Shown here: in pieces, positions 26,955-36,321 of the stretch
Layout: every line of letters begins with the position of its first letter
Numbering within the stretch: the stretch's first letter is position 1
Notes under the pieces: generated by a model
Told to the model about the DNA's origin: nothing
The model's database searches: none
The model's input: only the letters and a program-made list of their open reading frames with translations
Program-made: the position numbers and the translations under genes
Source: Clostridia bacterium
GTDB taxonomy: Bacteria > Bacillota > Clostridia > Oscillospirales > CAG-272
DNA: 64,000 bases
Assembly: GCA_017508425.1 (NCBI GenBank)
Contig: JAFVYZ010000060.1
Location: 13,252-77,251, forward strand
Direction of reading: 5' to 3'

Positions 26955-28436
26955 ATGCAAAAGATATTGACTGCACATGAAATGAAGGAAGCCGATCAAA
27001 ATACCATACACCAAGGCACGGCATCGCTTGTGTTAATGGAACGCGCCGCAAAGGCCGTTTTTGACGTATTACTTGCCGAATTCCCCACCGAAAAGGTGCT
27101 TGTTTGCTGCGGAAGCGGAAACAACGGCGGTGACGGCTTTGCCTTGGCGCGGCTCTTACTGGAGCACGGCATCGATACGACCATCACCTATCTTGGTCAG
27201 TGGAACGAAAAGGGCGAGCCCGACGCTACCTCAATGAGCCTTGAATGTGCCGCGGAATTCAAAAAGCTCCCGAAAAGCATTCACATTAAAAAAACGCCGA
27301 GCCTCACCGGTGTCAGCACCGTGGTGGATGCCATATTCGGCATTGGACTGTCACGCCCCTTAACCGGCACCTTCCTTGAGGCCGCTCGAGCCATTAACGC
27401 CTCAAAACTGCCGGTTTTGGCGATCGATATTCCAAGCGGCGTTCACGCCGATAACGGTCAGGTGTTGGGCGGTGCCGTGAGGGCTACCAAAACCGTGGCG
27501 ATCGCCGCCAAAAAGTACGGACACCTTCTTTTCCCCGGGGCGGATCTTTCAGGAGAAGTGACCGTGACTGACATTGGCATCCACGCAACCTCCGCGCATG
27601 GCCATCTTCTTGAAAAATGCGATCTCGAGGCACTTCCGACACGTCCGAGACGAGCACACAAAGGGACCTTTGGTCGCGTGCTTGTGGTAGGTGGCAGTAA
27701 AAGCATGAGCGGAGCGGCCCTGCTTGCCGCAAAAGCAGCCTACCGCGCAGGGGCGGGACTTGTTGAAATCGTCACCCCTGAGGAAAACCGTCTTGTTTAC
27801 GAGATCGCGCTCCCCGAGGCCATTGTCACCACATACACCAAAGAAAATGCCGCTCTCATACTTGACAAATCCCTTACGCGTGCGGACTCGGTGGCTCTTG
27901 GAATGGGGCTTTCTACCGATGAAACGGCAAGAGCTCTCGTTGACACGGTGCTTAACAGCAAAGAAATTCCGCTGGTGATCGATGCCGATGCGCTCAATCT
28001 CATTGCCAAGGACAACGCCTTACGTGCCAAAATGTACTTGCGCGGCCATACGGTCCTTACGCCGCATCCAATGGAGCTCTCGCGCCTGATGGCCATCCCC
28101 GTTTCAGCCGTGCTTGACGATATGCCAAAGGCCGCCGAGACCTTTTCCAAGGATAGCGGGGCGCTTGTGGTATTAAAGGATGCACATACCGTGATCGCCG
28201 ACGGTGACCGCCTTTATTTTAACACCTTCGGAAACAGCGGTATGGCCACGGGTGGGTGCGGCGATGTGCTCGCAGGCATCATTGCAACCATGGCCGTACG
28301 TGCGCCGCTTGACATTGCCGCTACGCGCGGCGTGTTGGCCCATGCGCTGGCGGGTGATGCCGCAAAAAGGATTTGCGGTGAGACCGGTCTTATGGCCTGT
28401 GACGTTGTTGACGGCTTGCGCGTCATATTGCCCTAA
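26955..28436 (+). CDS. nnr: Bifunctional NAD(P)H-hydrate repair enzyme (epimerase plus ADP-dependent dehydratase)
   Basis: N-terminal YjeF_N (CGSGNNGGDGFA) plus C-terminal carbohydrate-kinase domain (GTFGRVLVVGGS...GGCGDVLAG). ATG 26955 after GGAG is preferred over GTG 26946. Confidence 0.85.
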   Translation: MQKILTAHEMKEADQNTIHQGTASLVLMERAAKAVFDVLLAEFPTEKVLVCCGSGNNGGDGFALARLLLEHGIDTTITYLGQWNEKGEPDATSMSLECAAEFKKLPKSIHIKKTPSLTGVSTVVDAIFGIGLSRPLTGTFLEAARAINASKLPVLAIDIPSGVHADNGQVLGGAVRATKTVAIAAKKYGHLLFPGADLSGEVTVTDIGIHATSAHGHLLEKCDLEALPTRPRRAHKGTFGRVLVVGGSKSMSGAALLAAKAAYRAGAGLVEIVTPEENRLVYEIALPEAIVTTYTKENAALILDKSLTRADSVALGMGLSTDETARALVDTVLNSKEIPLVIDADALNLIAKDNALRAKMYLRGHTVLTPHPMELSRLMAIPVSAVLDDMPKAAETFSKDSGALVVLKDAHTVIADGDRLYFNTFGNSGMATGGCGDVLAGIIATMAVRAPLDIAATRGVLAHALAGDAAKRICGETGLMACDVVDGLRVILP

Positions 28437-28530
28437 CGACATTTTCCAAAAATAACATCTAAAATTCCAAATTTTAAGCGCTATTTCTCGACATTTTATA
28501 AATTTTAACGATTTTCCCTTAAAATTCACA

Positions 28531-28578
28531 AAACATACGCCCTTGTAAAGCCAATCGGCTTTACAAGGGCGTATGTTT
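28531..28578. terminator. Perfect 22-bp inverted repeat acting as a bidirectional terminator
   Basis: AAACATACGCCCTTGTAAAGCC-AATC-GGCTTTACAAGGGCGTATGTTT. It overlaps the stop codon at 28577-28579. Confidence 0.7.
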
Positions 28579-29101
28579 ATTTTTCGGAAAAGACGATGTG
28601 TGCGCAGATCAATCCAAACAAAAGATAAAGAGCCGTACATCCAAAGACAATGTACGCGCCAAAGCGCAAAACCGTCGCTTCAGCATCCAACAGGAAGATC
28701 GTCACCATAATAACACCAGTCAAAAACCGAGGCAGCTCGCGTTTCAATCGCACCATGTGATTTTCTACAAGCATAATGCGTATCAATGGCAGCAGCACTG
28801 AATAAATGCCTAGCAAAAGCAGCAAAAAATCGCTTTGAAGCAGCATCAAAAGAAGACCTAGGAAAATAGAGGAAAGTGCCATAAGGAAATTCATCCACTC
28901 GCCTTTGTTTTTGATATTCTTGACAGCGATAAGCAATGACGGGATGTTGAACACCGTTGTGAGCAGTCCCATAGCGATCACAAGAATGTCAAACACCTCC
29001 GTAGCATAGGGCGAGAGCCAAAGCAGCAAGAGGCCGAGCGATGCGCCAAAAAGCGTAGAAACGATCAAACGCAAAAAATAATATACCTTATATTTGTTCA
29101 T
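28577..29101 (-). CDS. Hypothetical small membrane protein (about 5 TM)
   Basis: 174 aa starting from ATG 29101 (RBS AAGGAG). The track's 5' extension overlaps the coaD region. Confidence 0.55.
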   Translation of the reverse strand: MNKYKVYYFLRLIVSTLFGASLGLLLLWLSPYATEVFDILVIAMGLLTTVFNIPSLLIAVKNIKNKGEWMNFLMALSSIFLGLLLMLLQSDFLLLLLGIYSVLLPLIRIMLVENHMVRLKRELPRFLTGVIMVTIFLLDAEATVLRFGAYIVFGCTALYLLFGLICAHIVFSEK

Positions 29102-29111
29102 GCGCAACTCC

Positions 29112-30158
29112 TTACTTAGATTGCATGCCGCGAGCGGCAAGATATTGTGCGACCGATTCGGGCAACAAATCGGTAGGCACTGCGCCACGGCCAAGCTCCT
29201 CACGCACACACGTAGAAGAAAGGGTCAAAAAGCGGGGATCCGATGGAAGAAAAAGGGTTTGAGCCTTTGGGTTTCGCTTTAAATTGTATGCCGCCATTTC
29301 CTCTTCATAAGCAAGATCCCTTGGGTTACGAACACCCTTGACGATCACGGTAGCACCGAGGCGATCAAAAAGATCCACCAGCATCCCTTCATCGGAAACC
29401 ACGCGTACCGTGGGCATATCTTTTGTTGCAAGACTCGCCATCTCGGTGCGCTCGCTCATTGAAAACATATATTCCTTCGCAGCATTGTTCATTACCGCAA
29501 CCACGACGTGGTCATATTTCGCACAGGCACGCTCAATGATGTCAAGATGTCCGAGGGTAATGGGGTCATAGCTCCCGGGCAAAAGCGCTACGCTCTCCTT
29601 TTTCGGGGTTAAAAGTGTCACGTGTGCGACACCGTAACGGGCGCGGCGCAGTACCTCAAATTTTTTATCCAAGGCCACATTGGACAACGAAACGTCATCC
29701 GGTGATGCGGTTTCGCAAACAATAATACCGCCTTCGGTGATGAGATTTCTTTCCAAAATCAGATCCAAACATTTTGGCATCAAGCCGAGATGGTAGGGGG
29801 GATCCAAAAAAATGAGATGAAAGGGCTCGCCACGGTAGGAGCGCAAAAAGGACAGCGACTCGGCCATATGCACCTCCACCTTTTTTTCCAATTTGGTGTG
29901 CTTGGCATTTTCCGTAATGGCGCGGATCGCGGCGCGGTCGGAATCCACAATCACAGCACTTTTAGCACCACGGCTGACCGCTTCAAGGCCCAGCTGCCCC
30001 GAGCCACCGAAAAGATCCAGGACCCGACGCCCCAAAAAGCCTTGCTGCAGCATCGAAAAGACAGCCTCCTTAGTGCGTTCAGCCGTTGGACGCGTATGCT
30101 CACCGACCGGCGCCTGTAATTTAGCGCCGCGAGCCGTGCCCGTTATAATCCGCATCAT
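29112..30158 (-). CDS. In-frame fusion of 16S rRNA (guanine966-N2)-methyltransferase RsmD and pantetheine-phosphate adenylyltransferase CoaD
   Basis: The N-terminal half carries RsmD motifs (IITGTARG, LDLFGGSGQLGLEA, FLDPPY). The C-terminal half is CoaD (LLPGSYDPITLGHLDII...VKGVRN). There is no stop codon between them. Confidence 0.8.
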   Translation of the reverse strand: MMRIITGTARGAKLQAPVGEHTRPTAERTKEAVFSMLQQGFLGRRVLDLFGGSGQLGLEAVSRGAKSAVIVDSDRAAIRAITENAKHTKLEKKVEVHMAESLSFLRSYRGEPFHLIFLDPPYHLGLMPKCLDLILERNLITEGGIIVCETASPDDVSLSNVALDKKFEVLRRARYGVAHVTLLTPKKESVALLPGSYDPITLGHLDIIERACAKYDHVVVAVMNNAAKEYMFSMSERTEMASLATKDMPTVRVVSDEGMLVDLFDRLGATVIVKGVRNPRDLAYEEEMAAYNLKRNPKAQTLFLPSDPRFLTLSSTCVREELGRGAVPTDLLPESVAQYLAARGMQSK

Positions 30159-30161
30159 AAG

Positions 30162-32003
30162 TCAATTCTCCTTTCCGTGAAAGTAAGCATAGATCGCCTC
30201 GGCCAATGATATCCCCACACCGGGGGCCTTGGCAAGGTCCTTTCGGTCGGCGCGCTTCACCGCCGCAAGGCCGCCGAAATAAGCAAGTATCGCCTTGGCC
30301 TTTTCTTTGCCAACGCCTTTGATCTTTTCAAGCTCCGAGGTCCTTACGGTCTTTCGCTTGGCCTCAGTCATACGACGCACCGAATAACGATGTACCTCTT
30401 CTTGAATGCGGTAAACCGTCGTATAAACACCCTTATCAAGGGCGATCGAGATCTCCTCGTTTTCGCCGCAAAGAGCGCGTGTTTTATGATAATCATCCTT
30501 TACCATACCGAAAATTGGCACGGTGATCCCCATTTCCTCAGCAAGACGGCGCGCCACTGCCACGTGTGCACGGCCACCGTCAAGCAAAATAAGATCGGGC
30601 TCCCGGGCAAAAGCCCCCTCACCCTTACCAAAATGAGAAAAACGGCGGGAAAGTGCTTCACGCATTGCGGCATAATCATCGGCCCCCTCGGTCGTACGAA
30701 TACGGAAGGTGCGGTATTCGTTGGGCTTAAGCTTTCCGTTTTCCCACACGATCATACCGCAGGTAATATGCTCGTCCCCCAAATTGGAGATGTCATAGCT
30801 CTCTATGCGCGACGGCACGACCTCCAAGGCCAAAAGATCGGCCATCCGCAGGGCCACCTCGTCGCTTTTTTCGGCCTCACGGCGGAGCGCCGCGGCGCAT
30901 TCGCGGGCATTGCTGATTGCAAGCTCGCAAAGGGTTTTCAGTTCCCCGCGCTCAGGACTGTGCACTACAACCTTACGCCCCGCGGCCTCACGCAAAAAGG
31001 ACGCGAAAAGGGCGGCATCCTCCTCATCCTGCGAAAAGGAAAGAAGCACGCGCGGCGGAATATCCGTGCGGTTTTTATAATGCTCGTACAAAAACGCAAG
31101 GATCGCCTCGTTTTCATCAAAAAGCTCATCCGGCGAAAAATCAAACTCAGTCTTATCGACCAAAGCCCCCTCACGCACGTAAAAAACCGATATTACGGCA
31201 CCGAATTCATCACGGTAAAAGCCGAACACATCCTCCGCGGTATCGGGAGATGCCACCACCTTTTGCTTGCTTGAAAGGTTTTCAAGAGCAAAAAGCGTAT
31301 CACGGAGCACCGCCGCCTTTTCAAACTCCTCGCTTTCAGCAGCCGCATTCATTTCTTCACGGATGCGGCGGCGCGCGGCAGCGGAATTGCCACGGAGCAC
31401 CTCGGTAGCGTAACGAATACGTTCACGGTACGATTCCGGTGTAACGTTGCCCGTGCAAACGCCCACGCATTGCCCCAGCTGATAATATAGGCAGGGACGT
31501 TCGCGTCCGATATCACGCGGAAATTGACGCTTACAGGTAGGGAGCGCCAAGGTTTTATTGAGAGTGCGGATCACCGTGCTTGCCACCGAGCCTCCCGAAT
31601 ACGGGCCGAAGTAACGCCCCTTATCGGCCTCTCTTGCACGGGTGAATACCAAACGAGGATACGCCTCGTCGGTAATTTTAATATAAGGATAGGATTTGGC
31701 ATCCTTCAGGCGAATGTTATATCGGGGCGTGTACTGCTTGATCAATGTATTTTCAAGCGCCAGCGCCTCGATCTCGGTATCACAAAGAAAATAATCAAAC
31801 TGATAAACACGGGAGACCATACGCGCAGTTTTATAGTCCTTATCACCGCCGCGAAAATATTGTGATACACGATTTTTGAGCTTGCGCGATTTCCCGACAT
31901 AGATAACCTTTCCGTTCTCATCGCGCATCAGGTAAACACCGGGAGACAGCGGTAGGCTATTTGCTTTATCAAGTAAGCGCGCAAGGCGCGTTTCAACCGG
32001 CAT
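30162..32003 (-). CDS. uvrC: Excinuclease ABC subunit C
   Basis: 613 aa with GIY-YIG (GVYLMRDENGKVIYVGKS), UVR domain, RNase H-like endonuclease domain and C-terminal HhH. Confidence 0.95.
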   Translation of the reverse strand: MPVETRLARLLDKANSLPLSPGVYLMRDENGKVIYVGKSRKLKNRVSQYFRGGDKDYKTARMVSRVYQFDYFLCDTEIEALALENTLIKQYTPRYNIRLKDAKSYPYIKITDEAYPRLVFTRAREADKGRYFGPYSGGSVASTVIRTLNKTLALPTCKRQFPRDIGRERPCLYYQLGQCVGVCTGNVTPESYRERIRYATEVLRGNSAAARRRIREEMNAAAESEEFEKAAVLRDTLFALENLSSKQKVVASPDTAEDVFGFYRDEFGAVISVFYVREGALVDKTEFDFSPDELFDENEAILAFLYEHYKNRTDIPPRVLLSFSQDEEDAALFASFLREAAGRKVVVHSPERGELKTLCELAISNARECAAALRREAEKSDEVALRMADLLALEVVPSRIESYDISNLGDEHITCGMIVWENGKLKPNEYRTFRIRTTEGADDYAAMREALSRRFSHFGKGEGAFAREPDLILLDGGRAHVAVARRLAEEMGITVPIFGMVKDDYHKTRALCGENEEISIALDKGVYTTVYRIQEEVHRYSVRRMTEAKRKTVRTSELEKIKGVGKEKAKAILAYFGGLAAVKRADRKDLAKAPGVGISLAEAIYAYFHGKEN

Positions 32004-32089
32004 TCCACTACCTCCTTATCATAAACAAAAGAGGCGCGCCACGGCACGCCCCTCGTCATCAGTGCGGTTATCCCGCCACGGTATATTTT

Positions 32090-32350
32090 TTACTCAAGCT
32101 CGTTCAAAATAAGATTTTGAAGGCCGTCAAGCGCATCGATCTCATCGGATCCGTCGGCAATCAATTTGATCGTCATATCCTTAGCAATACCGAGCGATAA
32201 AACACCGAGCAAGCTTTTGGCATTGACCTTACGATCGTCCTTTTCTACCCAAACAGAGCTCTTATAGCCGTTCGCCTTTTGAATAAAAAAGGTAGCCGGC
32301 CGTGCGTGTAGGCCGATGGAATTTTTAATGGTAACCTCGCGAGAAATCAT
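32090..32350 (-). CDS. ptsH: Phosphocarrier protein HPr
   Basis: 86 aa from ATG 32350. His15 context GLHARPA and Ser46 context KSLLGVLSLG. Confidence 0.85.
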   Translation of the reverse strand: MISREVTIKNSIGLHARPATFFIQKANGYKSSVWVEKDDRKVNAKSLLGVLSLGIAKDMTIKLIADGSDEIDALDGLQNLILNELE

Positions 32351-32418
32351 ATCGGTCAAACACTCCATTCTTTTCTCATTTGTCGAAAAAACAAATAAAA
32401 ATATCGTTTCTTTCTATT

Positions 32419-32447
32419 AGTATATCAAATAAAAACCCAAAAATCAA
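32419..32447 (-). promoter_or_regulatory. Sigma-A type promoter for ptsH
   Basis: Minus strand reads TTGATT, 17 nt, TATACT. Confidence 0.4.
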
Positions 32448-32509
32448 TGGGCATTTTTTTGGTATTTTGTCACTTTCGACACACAAAATATGTGCAATAT
32501 GCAACAAAA

Positions 32510-32992
32510 TCAACCAATTTCGGTAATGGAAATCACCCGAACGGTTATTGTGGCAACCTCGGTGTTCATCACAAGATCACTTCCCGCAAAAAGAAGGTAG
32601 CCCTCAGGCAAAACCAACGCACCCTCACGCAAGATACCGTGACAAAGCAAGGTTCCCGAAAGATCGACCATTGTGGAGCCCGTAATAGCCTCTCCCGCGC
32701 GCAATGTGATCAAGGGCTCATCAAGCATACTCCCGAGCTTAACACGATCCCGGCCGTTCAGCGTATAAAAATCCGTTCCCACCTCAAGGTCGCTGACCAC
32801 ATCATAACGCACCGAGGTGACCTCAAAGGCTACCGAATAAGAATGCCCCACGCGATCGCGCTCAAACGCCTCGACCAGGTTGTTTCTATGAATGATCACA
32901 AGAAGTGAAAAAAGCACCAGCAAAAGGATCGCTACATCAAGAACATTTATGCGCCACCGCGCTTTTCCCTGCCCTTTTTCTTCGTTATTCAT
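32510..32992 (-). CDS. Single-pass membrane protein of unknown function (possibly DUF4330-like)
   Basis: One N-terminal TM (VLDVAILLLVLFSLLVII) followed by a beta-rich domain. ATG 32992 lies 5 nt after the upstream stop; GTG 33004 is an alternative start. Confidence 0.6.
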   Translation of the reverse strand: MNNEEKGQGKARWRINVLDVAILLLVLFSLLVIIHRNNLVEAFERDRVGHSYSVAFEVTSVRYDVVSDLEVGTDFYTLNGRDRVKLGSMLDEPLITLRAGEAITGSTMVDLSGTLLCHGILREGALVLPEGYLLFAGSDLVMNTEVATITVRVISITEIG

Positions 32993-32997
32993 ACCGT

Positions 32998-33609
32998 TTA
33001 CCACCTTTTTTCAACCGAAACGCAGTTGCCCGACGCCACACTGCCCGAAAAGGAGACAGTGTACGAAAGTCCCTTTGCAATTCTAATACCATAAACAGTA
33101 TAACCGATCCCGTCCTCATAATGTGCGTTCACGGAAATTGTCATTGACACAATTTGCGCATTTCCCGTCGTAGCGGAGTCGGTAGCCTCATTGTCCGCTT
33201 GCTCGCGCAGCATCTCGGGAGGCAACACGTACGGAGATACGGTAATGCCGATCGCCTCTCCCAAATCCCGACCCGTGACCGCATCGAACAAATGAGTGCC
33301 CTCGACGGGCGCCGCGCCAAGATCCCCGTTTACGTCGTAAAATTCAATCGTATAAAGAATCTCTTGGACTTGCCCCTTGTCTGTGTTCCACATTTCACCA
33401 AGCGGTGTAAAAACCAGCAAAAGACCTGCCAGGATCGCAAGAGCAAACAAAGCAAGAACAGCATTGACCGCTACATACAGTGAACGGGGATATTCCCTGT
33501 CAACGGCCTTGCTCTCCGACAGGGCTCGGTAAGCTACTCCGCCTCGGACGCCTTGCCCATTTTTGAGATTGGCATGATGAAATGTGCCTTTACTGCGACG
33601 CTTCGCCAT
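32998..33609 (-). CDS. Single-pass membrane protein of unknown function, distant paralog of the downstream gene (possibly DUF4330-like)
   Basis: 203 aa with one TM (LYVAVNAVLALFALAILAGLLLVF). Strong RBS AGGAGGGG. The start overlaps the upstream gene by 20 nt. Confidence 0.6.
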   Translation of the reverse strand: MAKRRSKGTFHHANLKNGQGVRGGVAYRALSESKAVDREYPRSLYVAVNAVLALFALAILAGLLLVFTPLGEMWNTDKGQVQEILYTIEFYDVNGDLGAAPVEGTHLFDAVTGRDLGEAIGITVSPYVLPPEMLREQADNEATDSATTGNAQIVSMTISVNAHYEDGIGYTVYGIRIAKGLSYTVSFSGSVASGNCVSVEKRW

Positions 33610-35599
33610 GCGCTACCCCTCCTTTTTTGGCCTTGCGCGGTGCGCGCACGGCATACTCGATCTCGGCAACGGGACGACCGTAATGCTCATCCTCCGAAAA
33701 AGTTTGTCGGCGTAACCGATCATAACGCATCGCCGCTGCAACAAGTGCCGCAGCGCAAAAGAACGCCGAAAGCGCGGCAAGATCGTACCAAACGTAGCAG
33801 AAAAATCCAAGAAACACGAGTGCCGACACCAGCACGATACCGATATGTGCAAACAGCGACTTCCCATGATCTCTTGACGTGGAAAGAACGGAAAAGCAGT
33901 TTTGCAAAAGTAACAAGAAAAAGAGCGCGCAAACCACGACGCCGACCAAGCCGTAATTCACAAGCAGGACCTCAAAGAAATGGTACGCCTCCATCCCAAA
34001 CGGGGTGGCGAGATCGCCAAAATAGGGATAAAGGGCCTCGAGTCCACGGTGTCCTGTGCCAAAAATCAGGCGGCGTACGGCGCTTGTCTTTGAGAACATC
34101 CCTTCACCGTTCCCGGCAAAGAGGCGCGATAGGGTATCGCGTCCCACCCTGCGAAGCGATAGGAGAGCGGGATCCGAGAAATCGCGGAAGAATCCCAAAA
34201 TTCGCTGCCGAATGTCTTTTTTCAGTATAAACAGTGAGCCACTGACGGCACCACCCGTAAGAAGCAAAAACGGCATACTGCGATATTCATATACCAGCAA
34301 AAATACCACAAGGATCAAGATCAATGCCAAAAGCACCGCGGAATTAAAGGTCAAGAGGACGCCTGCCGCAAGGCAAAATGCCACGAATATGGGCAGTGCG
34401 CGCCGACGCGAAGATGTAAACGCGATCGAGGGGAGCACAAACGCAAAGGCAATTACCAAATAATAAGCAAACGCATTTCGATCGGCAAAGCCGGCCGTCA
34501 CCACAGGGCCGAAGTCCGCGATATTGGAAAGAGTGGCCCCATCGGTATTCAGCATCGCATACACAAGCTGTCCTATACCAAAGGCTGCGGCAAAAAAGGC
34601 AGAGCATGTAAAGGCAATGCGAGTAACCGAAAGCCAGTGCGGCGTGGATAAAATATTAACGGCAATCAAATACGTTAAGACGATCAGCAGCTCAAGCAAC
34701 ACATCACGCCAAACCGCACCGGTTGCCGGAGTTCTCGCCGAAAGAGCGAAAAGAAGCAAGAAGAAAAGCACGGGAATATCCTGCAATTCAAGGCGGAACA
34801 CACGGTTGCCTCGTAGCAGTTTTCCAACGTAGCCAAATACCATAAAGGCAAAGCAAGTCAACGTAATGGCGTCACTGCCGACAATCAATTTGGAAAACGG
34901 CAGGAAAAGAAGCGCCAATAAAAATCCGACCTCGGGCACCGACAGGATCATCAAGACGCAAGAAAGCGTTCCCAAAATAGCAATAAGCGACAACGGCATG
35001 ACCAAAAGGCCAAGTGCCGCTACTGCGATCGCAAGCAATGCCGCAGCTCCAAAATGCTGCTTACCACGCGTTTTTACACCTCGTATCACATCATCGTGCA
35101 GGCCAAAAACACCAAACATAAGGCCGCCTAAGAAGGATCTGTGGCGCAACATAGCACCAACCGAATGGTCGGAAAAAAGCAGCAGCACACCGACAAAAAG
35201 CACAACGCCGCCCGCGATCAAATGGTCAAATGTAACCCCGATCGAAATAAACGCCAAAAGCGTGGCTCCGTACAGTGCGATCCAAGCGGCACCGAGCACC
35301 GTGAAGAAAAATCCGACTGTGCGAAGGTTGCTTTCCACCAATGCCGCAACGCACCAACGCCTTGCTCGAGAAAAGATATTTTGCTCCATGGCGCAAGCAA
35401 TGGCTCGGCGGATGGTATAATGATGCTTACGGCCGTTCGCCGCCCTTGCGGCGCGGTGCTTACCGACGCGACAAATCCTCTCGTTAAGGGGCCCGTAGGA
35501 GGAAAAAAGCTTTCCGATAAAGCTACCGATGATCAAGCCGTATATAAAGCGGCTAAATCGCGCAAAAAAACGAAGAACCGCATTTTTTTCTTTTTTCAT
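33590..35599 (-). CDS. Large polytopic membrane protein, O-antigen ligase / Wzy_C-like
   Basis: 669 aa with at least 12 TM segments and an O-antigen-ligase-like central loop region. RBS GGGAGGTAGGAG. It starts 35 nt after the trmD stop. Confidence 0.55.
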   Translation of the reverse strand: MKKEKNAVLRFFARFSRFIYGLIIGSFIGKLFSSYGPLNERICRVGKHRAARAANGRKHHYTIRRAIACAMEQNIFSRARRWCVAALVESNLRTVGFFFTVLGAAWIALYGATLLAFISIGVTFDHLIAGGVVLFVGVLLLFSDHSVGAMLRHRSFLGGLMFGVFGLHDDVIRGVKTRGKQHFGAAALLAIAVAALGLLVMPLSLIAILGTLSCVLMILSVPEVGFLLALLFLPFSKLIVGSDAITLTCFAFMVFGYVGKLLRGNRVFRLELQDIPVLFFLLLFALSARTPATGAVWRDVLLELLIVLTYLIAVNILSTPHWLSVTRIAFTCSAFFAAAFGIGQLVYAMLNTDGATLSNIADFGPVVTAGFADRNAFAYYLVIAFAFVLPSIAFTSSRRRALPIFVAFCLAAGVLLTFNSAVLLALILILVVFLLVYEYRSMPFLLLTGGAVSGSLFILKKDIRQRILGFFRDFSDPALLSLRRVGRDTLSRLFAGNGEGMFSKTSAVRRLIFGTGHRGLEALYPYFGDLATPFGMEAYHFFEVLLVNYGLVGVVVCALFFLLLLQNCFSVLSTSRDHGKSLFAHIGIVLVSALVFLGFFCYVWYDLAALSAFFCAAALVAAAMRYDRLRRQTFSEDEHYGRPVAEIEYAVRAPRKAKKGGVAHGEASQ

Positions 35600-35634
35600 A
35601 ACTCCTACCTCCCTTCCGCAGTAATATCTTGACG

Positions 35635-36321
35635 TTATTTTTCAAGCAAATCCGGGCGAAGACGCTTTGTTTCTTCAATGGCCGCCTCTGTACGCCATTT
35701 TTCAATGTTTTTATGATGCCCCGAAATGAGGACCTCAGGCACGCACTTGCCGTGGAATTCAAACGGGCGCGTGTACTGAGGATATTCCACAAGCCCTGAG
35801 GAAATGCTTTCTTTTTCATAGCATTCGGGGTCGGCCAAAACACCGTCCACCAGGCGTGCCACCGCATCGGTCACAATGCAAGCGGGCAGTTCCCCACCGG
35901 TCAGAACAAAATCACCGATCGAAACCTCTTCATCCACGATCTCCTCGATCACACGAACATCCACGCCCTCATAATGTCCACACAAAATGATCAGCTGATC
36001 GTAGCCGGCAAGCTCCTTGGCCTTTTCCTGCGTAAAGACCTTGCCGCGCGGCGACATATAGATCACATGGCGCTTTGCTTCAGGATCGCTTTTGGCCACG
36101 ATATCCTCGTAGCAGTCATAAATGGGCGGAGCCATCATCAGCATACCGCGGCCGCCGCCGTAGGGCGTATCGTCCACACGGTGATGCTTATCCTTACTGT
36201 AATCCCTGATGTTATAGGTGTTTACGGTAATTGCACCGCTTTTTTGTGCTCGGCCAATAATGCTCTCGCCAAGCACCCCCTCTACAAATTGGGGGAAAAG
36301 TGTCATAATATCAAAACGCAT
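35635..36321 (-). CDS. trmD: tRNA (guanine37-N1)-methyltransferase
   Basis: MRFDIMTLFP..., GGGRGMLM, LILCGHYEGVDVRV. Confidence 0.95.
   Translation of the reverse strand: MRFDIMTLFPQFVEGVLGESIIGRAQKSGAITVNTYNIRDYSKDKHHRVDDTPYGGGRGMLMMAPPIYDCYEDIVAKSDPEAKRHVIYMSPRGKVFTQEKAKELAGYDQLIILCGHYEGVDVRVIEEIVDEEVSIGDFVLTGGELPACIVTDAVARLVDGVLADPECYEKESISSGLVEYPQYTRPFEFHGKCVPEVLISGHHKNIEKWRTEAAIEETKRLRPDLLEK

Noticed and set aside
30390-31274. 294-aa plus-strand ORF, plus similar shadow ORFs at 51728-52534, 53818-54784 and 61102-62421
   Set aside because: They are antisense to uvrC, addA, sbcC and valS. None has a start context or recognisable motifs.
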